A stretch of DNA of 64,000 nt from Syntrophales bacterium (GTDB lineage: Bacteria; Desulfobacterota; Syntrophia; Syntrophales; UBA2210), in assembly GCA_963666365.2 (NCBI GenBank), contig CAXXNF010000001.1, forward strand, positions 1,408,001 to 1,472,000, written 5' to 3'. Shown in pieces: positions 27,517-37,739 of this stretch; the first letter of the stretch is position 1; each line of letters opens with the position of its first letter. The notes under the pieces are model-generated. The model was not told where the DNA came from, did no database searches, and saw only the letters and a program-made list of their open reading frames with translations. A program made the position numbers and the translations under genes.

Positions 27517-28298
27517 TGCTCAAGGTACACAATATTGAAACCTGGTATGACCTGATTCGCGCCCTCCACGGGATTTCCTTCGAGATCAGGGAGGGGGATG
27601 TGGTGGCCCTGCTCGGGTCCAACGGCGCCGGGAAAACGACCATTCTGAAGACAATTATGCGTCTTCTCTACGATCTCAAGGAGGAGCAGCCGGAAAAGGG
27701 CGCCATAGAATTTCTGGGGCAGCGCATCGACCGGAAAGATACGGACCAGATCGTACGGATGGGCATCAGCTATGTGCCTGAGGGGAGAGAAGTCTTTCCC
27801 GAAATGACGGTGCTCGAGAACATACTGATGGGCGCCTATACAAGAAAGGACCGCAAGGCGATAACGGAAGATGTTGAAAAGGTGTATGCCCATTTTCCCA
27901 TCCTCAAGGACAGAAGAAATCAGCAGGCGGGGTATCTCAGCGGGGGAGAGCAGCAGATGCTCGCAATCGGAAGGGCGCTGATGAGCAGACCGAAGCTCCT
28001 TATGCTCGACGAGCCCTCATTGGGGCTCTCTCCGCTCCTGACAAAAGAGATATTCAATATAATTCAGGATATTAACAGGAAAGACGGCGTAACGATTCTG
28101 CTGGTCGAACAGAACGTCAATATGGCGCTGAAATACTCAAATTTTGCCTATCTGTTGGAAAACGGCAGGATCGTGCGCGCCGATAAGCCCGAAGTGTTGC
28201 GTGAGGACGAGGACGTCAAGGAATTTTATCTCGGCATATCGACCGAGCAGTCGGTGAAAGGGTACAAGCGCTACAGGCGAAAGGTGCGATTCCGATAG
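27516..28298 (+). CDS. ABC ATP-binding protein (LivF-like)
   Basis: GSNGAGKTT, VPEGREVF, LSGGEQQM, LDEPSLGL, LVEQN. Confidence 0.93.
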   Translation: MLKVHNIETWYDLIRALHGISFEIREGDVVALLGSNGAGKTTILKTIMRLLYDLKEEQPEKGAIEFLGQRIDRKDTDQIVRMGISYVPEGREVFPEMTVLENILMGAYTRKDRKAITEDVEKVYAHFPILKDRRNQQAGYLSGGEQQMLAIGRALMSRPKLLMLDEPSLGLSPLLTKEIFNIIQDINRKDGVTILLVEQNVNMALKYSNFAYLLENGRIVRADKPEVLREDEDVKEFYLGISTEQSVKGYKRYRRKVRFR

Positions 28299-28347
28299 CT
28301 GACAAAAGGTGCATGCATAAGTGAACTGACCTCAAGGGGGGAATTAC

Positions 28348-30150
28348 ATGGCAGTTGATACGTTGCCTAAGGCCTTGGTGGCTATGGCGCACAGGCAGCC
28401 CACAAGGGTTGCGATGCGGAGAAAGGATTTCGGTATCTGGCACGACATTACCTGGGAGGAGTATCTCGCCAAGGTCAAATATGTGGCGCTGGGGCTCAAT
28501 GCCCTGGGGGTAACGTACGGCGATCATGTGGCGATCATCGGCGAGAACCGCCCCGAGTGGCTCTACTCGGCGCTCGGCATTGTCTGTGCCGGCGGGTCCT
28601 GGGTAGGGGTCTATACCACGAATCCGGCCGCCGAATGTGAATATGTGGTGGGGCACTCGGATTCGGTCGTCTATATCTGCGAGGACGAGGAACAGCTGGA
28701 TAAAGCCCTCGTGTTCAGGGATAAGACGCCCCTGTTGAAAAAACTGATCGTCTGGGAAATGGAAGGACTCAAACATTTCGAAGATCCCATGTTTATGAGC
28801 TTCGACCAGTTGCTCGAGCTGGGAAGGCGGGAGGATGAAGCACATCCCGGACGCTTCGATGAACTCATCTCGCAGGCCAAACCGGAAGACGTGGCGGGGA
28901 TCATTTATACATCGGGGACCACCGGTCCGCCCAAGGGCGCCCTCTTGACCCACGAAGGCTATCTCTGGGTGGGCAAGGCCTCACAGCAGGTGATAAAGAT
29001 GACCGAGAAGGACGAAACCATCTCCTTCCTTCCCCTCAATCATGTCTATGAACAGATCTTCGATATCATGAACCACCTCACTGTGGGGCAGACGGTGAAT
29101 TTTACTGAAAACACCGACACCGTGATGGCGGACATGCGCGATATCTCGCCAACGTTCTTTCATGCCGTGCCGCGGATCTGGGAAAAATATTATTCCGGCA
29201 TTGTGCTGAAGATGGCCGATGCCACCTGGTTCAAGCGCACATGCTACAACTTGGCGGTAAAGATCGGCGGCAGATACAACAGCATGAAGCTTGCCAAGGA
29301 GAGGATTCCTTTCTGGCTTGCCCTTGGCTACAATCTGGCCTATTTTTGCGTCTTCTGGAAACTGAAAGAGCGTCTCGGCTTCGATCAAGTGCGCCTCGGG
29401 TTCTCAGGGGCTGCGCCCATATCAGGTGAAATATTGAAATTCTTTCAGAGTATCGGCATCCCGATCCGCGAGGGCTACGGCATGACGGAAACGTCGGGTG
29501 TCACCCATATGTCCGATGAATTCAATTTCAAACTGGGGACCGTGGGGAGGGCCCTGCCCGATACGGAGGTGCGTATTGCCGATGATGGAGAAATCCTGGT
29601 CAAGCACAAGGGAATTTTCAAAGGGTACTACAAGGACGAAGAAAATACTCGTGAGGCCCTTATCGACGGCTGGATGCACACAGGGGATGTGGGGGAAATC
29701 GACGAAGAAGGCTATCTGAAGATCACGGATAGAAAGAAAGACCTGATCATCACGGCGGGCGGTAAAAATATCGCCCCCCAGTATATTGAAAATCTATTGA
29801 AATTTTCGCCCTATATCAATGACTCGGTGGTGATCGGCGACGGGAGGAAATACCTGTCGGCCATCATCGTTATCGATGAGGAAAATGTGGTGAAATACGC
29901 CCAGGACCATAAGGTTCAGTTTACCACCTTTGCCACTCTGACCAGAACGGAAGAGGTGAATGCCCTGATTCAAGAGGAAATCGACAAAGTGAATCGGCAG
30001 GTCGCACGGGTAGAGAATATACGAAAATTCAAAATCCTCGACAAGAAACTCTACACGGAAGACGGCGAGGTCACGCCGACCATGAAGGTTAAAAGAAAAT
30101 CCATCAACGAACAGTTTGCCGATCTTATCGAATCCATGTACCGGGACTAA
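28348..30150 (+). CDS. Long-chain fatty-acid--CoA ligase (AMP-dependent)
   Basis: IYTSGTTGPPKG, EGYGMTE, MHTGDVG, ITDRKKDLIITAGGKNIAPQ, TPTMKVKR. Confidence 0.92.
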   Translation: MAVDTLPKALVAMAHRQPTRVAMRRKDFGIWHDITWEEYLAKVKYVALGLNALGVTYGDHVAIIGENRPEWLYSALGIVCAGGSWVGVYTTNPAAECEYVVGHSDSVVYICEDEEQLDKALVFRDKTPLLKKLIVWEMEGLKHFEDPMFMSFDQLLELGRREDEAHPGRFDELISQAKPEDVAGIIYTSGTTGPPKGALLTHEGYLWVGKASQQVIKMTEKDETISFLPLNHVYEQIFDIMNHLTVGQTVNFTENTDTVMADMRDISPTFFHAVPRIWEKYYSGIVLKMADATWFKRTCYNLAVKIGGRYNSMKLAKERIPFWLALGYNLAYFCVFWKLKERLGFDQVRLGFSGAAPISGEILKFFQSIGIPIREGYGMTETSGVTHMSDEFNFKLGTVGRALPDTEVRIADDGEILVKHKGIFKGYYKDEENTREALIDGWMHTGDVGEIDEEGYLKITDRKKDLIITAGGKNIAPQYIENLLKFSPYINDSVVIGDGRKYLSAIIVIDEENVVKYAQDHKVQFTTFATLTRTEEVNALIQEEIDKVNRQVARVENIRKFKILDKKLYTEDGEVTPTMKVKRKSINEQFADLIESMYRD

Positions 30151-30202
30151 CCCTTTGCAAATAGGGGAAATTGTCTCCCAGGAACGAATGAACGGATGCC
30201 AC

Positions 30203-30237
30203 AGGGGGCAGGATATCTCACTATCCTGCCCCTTTTT
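30203..30237 (+). terminator. Intrinsic terminator between convergent acyl-CoA ligase genes
   Basis: ggggcaggata-tctcac-tatcctgcccc followed by ttttt. Confidence 0.8.
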
Positions 30238-30276
30238 GTAACAATCGGGCTTGGTTGGAAAAACGAGTGCCGCAGG

Positions 30277-31815
30277 TTATGTCCCCGAATACTTATTCAC
30301 AAGCTCGAATTTAATCGCCTTCCCCGTGGGGGTGCGAGGGATGTCGTCGAAGAAGATCACCTTCGGGGCCTTGTAGCCGGCCATGCGTTCCTTGCAGAAG
30401 GCGATAAATTCTTCCTCCGAAGCGGTTGCTCCCGAATCGAGTCTGACCACGGCCGCGACCTTTTCGCCCCATGTGTCATCGGGCAGTCCGATTACGGCGC
30501 AATCGGCCACCTTCGGATGCGCCATCAATATATTTTCCACATCGATGGCGAAGACATTGTAGCCGCCGGTGAGGATCATATCCTTGACCCGGCCCACTAC
30601 ATAGAGATGGCCGTCGTCGTCTATCTTCGCGAGATCTCCCGAATGGAACCACCCATTACGGAGAGAGTCGGCGGTCTTTTCCGGATTCCGCCAGTATTCG
30701 CCCGCGCCGTCGGGGTATTTGAAAATCAGTTCCCCTACCTCGCCCCGCGGTTTTTCCGCTCCCTTTTCATCGACAATTTTTAATTCGTGGAAACAGGTAG
30801 GCGGTCCTACGGCGGTTGGCTTCTTTCGCTTCATGTCCGGTTTACTCACGGCGAGAAACCCCGTTTCCTGAAGTCCTATGTGATCATAGACGTTCGGCGT
30901 GATCTTTTCCCAGATTTTTTCGAGTGTCGGTTGCGGAAGCACCGATCCGACACTTGCCACGGCGCGAAGCGAGCTGAGATCATAACGGTCGAAATCGGGA
31001 ACCGCCATCATAAAGGCAAACATGGCGGGAACGCCGTACATGACAGTCGCCCGATAATCCTGGATGGCCTTCAGTGTTGCGGCGGGATCGAAATCGATGT
31101 TGATGACCGTTCCTTTGGCGAGCATTATGCCGGCATCCCAGCTCAGGCCGGTAAGAGGAGGCACGGCGTTGAGCGAGATATCGTGGCTGGTCATGTCGAA
31201 GCTGATCGTGTAGCAGATATGGTTTAAAAAATTTGCATAATGCGTTCTCAGATAGGATTTGGGCACGCCGGTAGTCCCGGAAGTGAAGCCCAATGTGGCC
31301 AGCGTGTCGTCCCGTATCTCCACATCCGGTTCCGTTGCATCATATGCGAGCAACTCATCGTAGCGATTCTGTGAGCCTCCTCCCGATCCTATGCAGTATT
31401 TGTCGATTTCAAGCGCTATCTGGTCGACTGTCGACTGAAAGGCTTCATCAAATATGAGCGCTTTCGCGTTTGCATAGCGCAGGACGTTTTCTATCTCGCC
31501 GGGAGAAAGACGGTACGACAACGGGATGGAGGTCATTCCCGCCCGGACGATTCCAAAATAGCTCTCGAGCGATTCGATAATGCTCAACCGCGTAAGCACA
31601 CCGACGAAATCCCCCGGTGCGCCCCGTGCGAGAAGTCCCTGTGCCACCCTGTTCGCCCGGGCATCCACCGTTCGATACGTCCGCGCTTCCCCGGTGTTTG
31701 CGTTGATGATTTCCTTGTCCGGGTATGAAATGGCGGCGTTCTTGAGAATAAGCCCCACATTGAGAAATCCCGGCGGTCTTGGTACGTTCCAGCAATATCT
31801 GTTCCCCTCCTTCAT
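30277..31815 (-). CDS. Acyl-CoA synthetase / AMP-binding enzyme (class I adenylate-forming)
   Basis: FTSGTTGVPKS, WFHSGDL, GRVKDMILTGGYNV, PRTPTGK. Confidence 0.9.
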   Translation of the reverse strand: MKEGNRYCWNVPRPPGFLNVGLILKNAAISYPDKEIINANTGEARTYRTVDARANRVAQGLLARGAPGDFVGVLTRLSIIESLESYFGIVRAGMTSIPLSYRLSPGEIENVLRYANAKALIFDEAFQSTVDQIALEIDKYCIGSGGGSQNRYDELLAYDATEPDVEIRDDTLATLGFTSGTTGVPKSYLRTHYANFLNHICYTISFDMTSHDISLNAVPPLTGLSWDAGIMLAKGTVINIDFDPAATLKAIQDYRATVMYGVPAMFAFMMAVPDFDRYDLSSLRAVASVGSVLPQPTLEKIWEKITPNVYDHIGLQETGFLAVSKPDMKRKKPTAVGPPTCFHELKIVDEKGAEKPRGEVGELIFKYPDGAGEYWRNPEKTADSLRNGWFHSGDLAKIDDDGHLYVVGRVKDMILTGGYNVFAIDVENILMAHPKVADCAVIGLPDDTWGEKVAAVVRLDSGATASEEEFIAFCKERMAGYKAPKVIFFDDIPRTPTGKAIKFELVNKYSGT

Positions 31816-31902
31816 AGCTCATTTCCCCCTTTTACGTTGATGTTCCGAGACATTGTCACGAGCTTGAAACGTCTGTCTCGAATGCGTTTCGATAAGTGTG
31901 TA

Positions 31903-32628
31903 TCATAATTTTATGTGAATCCATAGTTTGAAAAGGTGAAAAAATCGGTACACGCCTTCATGGGCGAGATTGAATTTGCTTCCACGGGTGTCTTCACAGA
32001 AAACGGGAATTTCCACGATAGAAACGCCGTGACGCCACGCGTGACATATGATTTCAATGACATAGGAAGAACCATGATTGATATGCGCAAGGTAAGAGCC
32101 TATGGCAGTGCGTCGGTAAGCCTTGGCTCCTATTGAATAGTCCCCAAAGGGAAGTCCCAGCAGAGATCGCACGCAGAGGATGAACCCGCTGCTCCCTGCA
32201 ATACGGATGAGTGAACGAGTCTGTCTGCCGATCTTCTTGGAACCTATCACAATATCATAGTCATCAAGAAATTTCGCTGCACGAGGAATAAAGTCCATGT
32301 CGGTCGTAAGATCGGCGTCGACAGTCACGATACGGTCATGGACGGCTCTTCGGACTCCCTCACTAAAAGCGGAGCCTACACCCTTCCGGGGCAGTTCGAA
32401 GCAGTTGATGCGGGAATGTGCCTCGCTCAGTTTCCTGGCAATAGCCGCAGAGTTGTCGGTTGACCCGTTGCAGGCGATAAGAATTTCATATTCCGGCCAG
32501 TTGGTTTCAAGATAGTGTTTGAGAAGATGGATATTTTGATTGAGGATCAGTTCTTCATTGTAAACAGGAATAAGAACGGTTATCGGTGCGGAAGCTGGGC
32601 ATGGATCGTTCACGGTTGCTTCCTCCAT
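31903..32628 (-). CDS. GT2 glycosyltransferase (polyprenol-phosphate sugar synthase-like)
   Basis: VLIPVYNEE, NGSTD, GVGSAFSEG, VDADL (DxD), DIVIGS. Confidence 0.88.
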   Translation of the reverse strand: MEEATVNDPCPASAPITVLIPVYNEELILNQNIHLLKHYLETNWPEYEILIACNGSTDNSAAIARKLSEAHSRINCFELPRKGVGSAFSEGVRRAVHDRIVTVDADLTTDMDFIPRAAKFLDDYDIVIGSKKIGRQTRSLIRIAGSSGFILCVRSLLGLPFGDYSIGAKAYRRTAIGSYLAHINHGSSYVIEIICHAWRHGVSIVEIPVFCEDTRGSKFNLAHEGVYRFFHLFKLWIHIKL

Positions 32629-35423
32629 TCTTTTGAATAGGCGGCCCAGACGGTGACGGGGTATTCAGTGATAATGAGGTCGAAGTATTCATTTGCCTTC
32701 TTCTGGTTTTTCAGAAAAACATGGCATTTGCCGATGTGAAAGAGCGCCTCGGGCGCCCAGGGGCTGTCGGGATAGGTGTTAACAAGGGTGGTAAAAATTT
32801 CAATGGTTTTTTGCCAGTTTTTTTCTTTGTAAAAGCAGATGGCCAGATAGTAGTAGGCCTCGTCCACTTTGGAAAACCCCGGGTGGTCTGAAATGATTCT
32901 CTGGTAAATGTGCCGGGCCTCCTGGAAGCTTTGGTCATCGCGGAGGCTCATAGCCTTGTTGCAGAGTCTGAGCGGATCGTTCTGGGCCGACAGGATGATA
33001 TGTGCGGCAATGATGACAAAGATAAACGTGACGATTCCTCCTGTCAGGGTGTTGCGGGCCTCGAGGGCGCCGGCGAGTGTTCTCAGTCGAGCGGCAAAGG
33101 ATGTTGCATTGATACGGACGCGCAGTGCTTCAGCCGAGCGGCTTCCACCCGCCAAGAAGAGACCGAACCCGATGCTTGCCAGCCCCAGCGCAGTAAAAAG
33201 GAAGCCGATACAGGTCCACAGCGTATGTCCATAATAGAGGCGCACTTCTCTGGCCTTGGGGTAAATCAACATGAAGGAGGGAGAAGCCAGATATATTTTG
33301 TCGGCCCCTTCCACCCGCCAGCCGGGATGATAGGAAACTTTTATCAACAGAGGGATCCCCGGCTTCGTGGTGGTAATAGAGATTTCTTCATTTTCAATTT
33401 TTTCTGTCACAATGGGCTGTTCCTCAATCGGCACGCGGGGCAGCGTTGTTCCCGTTTCGTAACGCACGCCTTGTACCACCGGCGCCTTTGCCGGGGGTGG
33501 ATCATCGTCAAAAACCACGTGCACGCCGGGATGCTTCATGTATGTGCGGAACCACTCATAGGAACGGGTTTTCCAGCCATCGCGATCATTCCATACCGGT
33601 GCGTATGCCAGAGGAACCACATAGCGGTTTTCATTGCTGGAAAGCCTGTAAATACTGTAAGGGCGAACGTCTTTTTCCCGTATGAACTCGGGGAAGGCAT
33701 GCAGTTTTTCCCGGATTTCATCGCTGGCGACAATAAAATCGCGCACGTTGAAAAGTTTCAGATGCTCCATCCCGGCAGCAATGTCCACATTGGTGCAGCG
33801 GTAATGAGGGAGCGGGCGCGATGACTGTTTCGACATCTCGGATTGAATGTAGAAAATAAAGGGAGACGATAGGCTGGACTGCAGATAGAGTCCTTCCAGG
33901 GTATTTCGTCCCGAAAACAGAGGAAGCGATTCAAAGGCGCGGATACTACCGGCTCCATTGTGTATGTCGGAATGCTCGAAGATTACTCGCGGGTCCGCCA
34001 CCGATCCGGACAGATAGTGATTGGTTTCGATGAAGGGTTTCCAGAGGGGCTTGTTTTCGAACCCTCTGTAATTCCAGTTGATCCAGGCATGAATGTTTTT
34101 TTCAAGCTGAGTGACCGTGAAGACGACCAATAAAAAGAGGATGACAGGGACAAGACCCTTTCCTCTAAGGGGTGCGGTAAGAATCCCCAGACCAACAGCG
34201 CCGGTTATCACAATATAAACCTGAAAAAAGGGGACAAATCGTATGTCTATGACACCGATAGTCGGACCTGCCAGGAATAAGAGCCAGGCCACCACCATGC
34301 CATAAAGGAGATACAGACAGGTTTCGAGCTTCGGCGTCGGTTCATTTCTTGCTGCTCCTCCGTCGGGCTGGGGTGAAGTGAAGAGGCGTTCACTGGATGC
34401 CGGTTTCCTGCGCTTTCTGAGCATCACCCCTGTTGCCCGGGCAATTGCGCCCAGGATGGTCAGGATGGCGCAGGGCCACAGGATGGGAGGGATGATTTCC
34501 AAAAACGACGCAACAAACCAGCGGTCGGGAAGCGCGGTGGTCCATGCAGTGCCTCCTATAAGGGGAATTAGCCAAAAACCCAGAAGCATAAAGGCCAATC
34601 CGTGAATTTTTATCAGGTATATACAGTTTTTAAGCACACGGCGGCGGTCGAAAAGAAAGAACGAGGATACAAAGCCTGCAAAAAGGAGTGTATACCCGTG
34701 GCAGAAGCCGATAAAAAAAACCAGGACGCCGTTTAAAATGACGTACTTTCCCATGGTAATTCCCCTGTGGAGGGTTCCCACGAAGAGTATGGCGAAGGAC
34801 AGGCCGATGCTGTATGAAAACTCGCCTGCCAGCGTACTCATGATATTTCCTCCCCACACGGAATTGGCCTCCATGAAAAGGAAGAAAAGAGAAAAAAGGG
34901 CCCCGCTGATGGGAATGGGGAACGGCTGCCGCAGCAGGCGAAGCACGGTGTATACGGCCAGGGGAAGCGTAAAGATGCCCCACACTGTCACCACCTTGAA
35001 AGCTGCCTGCAACGGAATCAGACACGAGAGTGCGGTCATGGCCAGAAAGGGGAAGGGAAAATAGAACAGCAGGATCGGAAATCCGGCATAGTTGCCCATG
35101 GTCCAGCCGGAAATCTTTCCCTGTGGAAGGAGGACGTCATGCAAATATTGAAGCGTGTAGTAATGCGATCCCGTGTCACCGCCGGTGGCAGTAGTTTCGG
35201 ACGATAAATATTCAAGCCTGAAAAAAGAGCAGAGAAAAAGGAGTATTCCGATGTGCACAAAGATATCGATGATAACTCCGAATTTCAGGCTCTTTGCTTC
35301 GCTGTTTGCGGTAAAGAAGTGCACGTTCAATGTAGTATCGCATTCCCGCTTTTTTACATGTGAACCGTCGATTCGCGTACCCCACGCCGCATGCCGCGAA
35401 TCTGAAATTTTAACCCATTGCAA
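32610..35423 (-). CDS. Multi-pass GT-C-fold membrane protein (PTPS-related/YfhO-like) with C-terminal TPR
   Basis: TGGDTGSH after the first TM helix, GW..GNYAGFP..FYFP, many TM helices, large soluble domain with KVSYHPGWRVEG, C-terminal YbgF-like TPR (YPDSPWAPEALFHIG). True start uncertain. Confidence 0.78.
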   Translation of the reverse strand: MQWVKISDSRHAAWGTRIDGSHVKKRECDTTLNVHFFTANSEAKSLKFGVIIDIFVHIGILLFLCSFFRLEYLSSETTATGGDTGSHYYTLQYLHDVLLPQGKISGWTMGNYAGFPILLFYFPFPFLAMTALSCLIPLQAAFKVVTVWGIFTLPLAVYTVLRLLRQPFPIPISGALFSLFFLFMEANSVWGGNIMSTLAGEFSYSIGLSFAILFVGTLHRGITMGKYVILNGVLVFFIGFCHGYTLLFAGFVSSFFLFDRRRVLKNCIYLIKIHGLAFMLLGFWLIPLIGGTAWTTALPDRWFVASFLEIIPPILWPCAILTILGAIARATGVMLRKRRKPASSERLFTSPQPDGGAARNEPTPKLETCLYLLYGMVVAWLLFLAGPTIGVIDIRFVPFFQVYIVITGAVGLGILTAPLRGKGLVPVILFLLVVFTVTQLEKNIHAWINWNYRGFENKPLWKPFIETNHYLSGSVADPRVIFEHSDIHNGAGSIRAFESLPLFSGRNTLEGLYLQSSLSSPFIFYIQSEMSKQSSRPLPHYRCTNVDIAAGMEHLKLFNVRDFIVASDEIREKLHAFPEFIREKDVRPYSIYRLSSNENRYVVPLAYAPVWNDRDGWKTRSYEWFRTYMKHPGVHVVFDDDPPPAKAPVVQGVRYETGTTLPRVPIEEQPIVTEKIENEEISITTTKPGIPLLIKVSYHPGWRVEGADKIYLASPSFMLIYPKAREVRLYYGHTLWTCIGFLFTALGLASIGFGLFLAGGSRSAEALRVRINATSFAARLRTLAGALEARNTLTGGIVTFIFVIIAAHIILSAQNDPLRLCNKAMSLRDDQSFQEARHIYQRIISDHPGFSKVDEAYYYLAICFYKEKNWQKTIEIFTTLVNTYPDSPWAPEALFHIGKCHVFLKNQKKANEYFDLIITEYPVTVWAAYSKEWRKQP

Positions 35424-35455
35424 TGGCAGTGCATTCTTGTTAGCATTATCGCACT

Positions 35456-36292
35456 ATGAATCGATACTTACACACTTTTTTCTTTACTTCAATAGTAATG
35501 CTGATGGCATCGGAGTCGCTTGCCGGCGCCATACAGTTACAGTCGCACCTGACAATACAGGTGAGGGGATATGAGCTTGAGGCTGTCCTTGAGCTACAAA
35601 ACCTGGGCGACGAGACGGCACGTGATGTATACGCCTTAATTCACATTGGAAACAGAAAGCAGGAGATGAAATTGGCGGAGCGGTTGCAGAAGGGGGATAG
35701 AGCAAAAGAACCCATAGTGATCGCTCTCGACAGAAAGGACGGGTGTTTCCCCATTATTATCGAAACTACCTACGGTGACGACCATCATAATCGCTATTCC
35801 GATGTTGTTGCCGCTGTCTATACCGTGAGGGGGAGACCTTCTCAAGTGAAGGTATGGCATCAAGAAACAGGGGGCGTGGAAGAAAAGGCCTCGATCATTC
35901 TTGCCGGTGTCGCGAACCATGCATGCAATGTGTGCGTGGAAAACAACTCCGACAGCGAGAAAACAGTTGCGGTGCGGCTTATTGCATCCTCCAATCTTCA
36001 TGTCTCTCCCTTGGTGCACCTGTGCACTCTTCAGCGCCGAGAAACCAGGGAGATACGTTTTGGACTGTCCAACCGTGCGCTCAATCCGGGATCGGCCTTC
36101 ACTATCTATGCAATAGCGGAGTATGATGACCCGGGATGTCACTTTACCGACATTGCTCCCGTGCACATTGCCGTTGAGGCGCAGGGAAACATTTTCAAAA
36201 GATTAAATTGGGGTATTTGCATTGCCGGCCTTGTCTTATTGATTGCCTTTATCCTTTACAATATCTGGGTAAAAAATCGATTCAACACGTGA
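35456..36292 (+). CDS. Hypothetical exported beta-sandwich protein with C-terminal membrane anchor
   Basis: N-terminal signal (ESLA), CARDB-like LQNLGDETARDV, C-terminal TM helix with basic tail. Confidence 0.65.
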   Translation: MNRYLHTFFFTSIVMLMASESLAGAIQLQSHLTIQVRGYELEAVLELQNLGDETARDVYALIHIGNRKQEMKLAERLQKGDRAKEPIVIALDRKDGCFPIIIETTYGDDHHNRYSDVVAAVYTVRGRPSQVKVWHQETGGVEEKASIILAGVANHACNVCVENNSDSEKTVAVRLIASSNLHVSPLVHLCTLQRRETREIRFGLSNRALNPGSAFTIYAIAEYDDPGCHFTDIAPVHIAVEAQGNIFKRLNWGICIAGLVLLIAFILYNIWVKNRFNT

Positions 36293-36321
36293 CTAAGGGA
36301 AAAATTGCAATGAGAAAGCCT

Positions 36322-37305
36322 TTACAGCTTTGATTGTTTCCCCAACGTTCTGACGTTTTTTAACGAACAGTTGCTGAAGGGTATAAAGGCCAGTCCCAAA
36401 ATAATGATCACGCTCATGTTGAGGAAATGGTGCACGATGGCAAAAGCCATCGCATCGGCTTTGGGGATGCTGAAAATAGTCAGGCCGAGGATACAAAAAT
36501 AGTGCCAGGTTCCTATGTATCCCGGCGCAGCGGGCACGGTGGTGCCGACAATGACGATTGCCAAGACGGCGAGAGCGGCAACAGGGGGCAAAGAAAAGTC
36601 AAAGGCAAAAAAGAGAATGTATATGACCAAAGCGCCTACACTCCAAATCAACAACGAAAGCCCCATTACGAAACCTGCTCGCTTCGCATCGACCATCACC
36701 TCAAGCCCATTGAGAAACTGCGACAAAGGCTTTTCAAGTATCAATGAAATGCGTTGAGGGATCTTTTGCAGCAAACGCCTTACAAGGCATCTGGCTCGCC
36801 TTCGGTTTAAGATCAGGGTAATTACCATGGCCATGACGATCAGTGCCGACGCAGTCGCTGCCAAGCTCGTCTTCACTAGCCGGGATGGAAGAGGAATACA
36901 GCAGGCCACAACCGAAGCCATGATCATTATGGACAGGACATCAAAGAGCCGCTCGATAAAAATGGAACCAAGAGCCGTCGATGCGGTTATCGTCGTTTTA
37001 CGGGAAATAAGGTAGGGCCTCGCTAATTCGCCTACCCGTGCCGGAATGACGGTAATCGCCAGAAATCCCACACTTGTCACTGACAAGAGAGTCAAAATGC
37101 CGATCCGTTCAATCGGTTTTAGAAGCACTCCCCAGCGAAAGGCTCTCAAACAGTGCATGACAAGCAGTAACATCAGGATGGGAACGAGGTATATGCCGCG
37201 CACCGAGCGAAAAGCATCGAGAACCTCCCGAAAATCGATATTTCTGACGGCGAGAAGGCAAAAGAAAAGACCCAGCAGAATGCCGACGACCACTTTTCTT
37301 TTCAA
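36322..37305 (-). CDS. Lysylphosphatidylglycerol-synthase TM / flippase-like membrane protein
   Basis: RAFRW, IPARVGELARP, FIERLFD, VPAAPGYIGTWH; SD aggagg with TTG start. Confidence 0.88.
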   Translation of the reverse strand: MKRKVVVGILLGLFFCLLAVRNIDFREVLDAFRSVRGIYLVPILMLLLVMHCLRAFRWGVLLKPIERIGILTLLSVTSVGFLAITVIPARVGELARPYLISRKTTITASTALGSIFIERLFDVLSIMIMASVVACCIPLPSRLVKTSLAATASALIVMAMVITLILNRRRARCLVRRLLQKIPQRISLILEKPLSQFLNGLEVMVDAKRAGFVMGLSLLIWSVGALVIYILFFAFDFSLPPVAALAVLAIVIVGTTVPAAPGYIGTWHYFCILGLTIFSIPKADAMAFAIVHHFLNMSVIIILGLAFIPFSNCSLKNVRTLGKQSKL

Positions 37306-37739
37306 ATCTGTCCTCCTGCCCGATTAAACCGGTATTCCCTATAATGATAAAATAGGCATGCTTCGCGAACTCAACAGGTTCACCTTTATTCACTGTTGTA
37401 ATGAATGTCACCACTGCTGTCAATAGACGGAACGCATCCCTGATTTCTCTTCGGGTAACTTAGCCCTTGACAGTTCCAGCCTTCGCGTAGTATTCGACAG
37501 ACAAGGTGTAGGCAGTTCGGGGTTTTCAAAGGTAAACCTTATTTATGTGATCGGGAAAATAAACCGTTGAGGAGGGGGGTATGGGTGCTTCCTTAATCCG
37601 AGGGTGTTGTTTCTCTTTGATCGCTGGTCTCGGTCGATCCCCGCCGGGTCGATTCCGTGAGTAGTAACCATTCCATACATCAACTGAGAGTATGCATTTC
37701 AACAGGCAATCCGCGTTGCGGATTCCAAAGGAGGGAACT

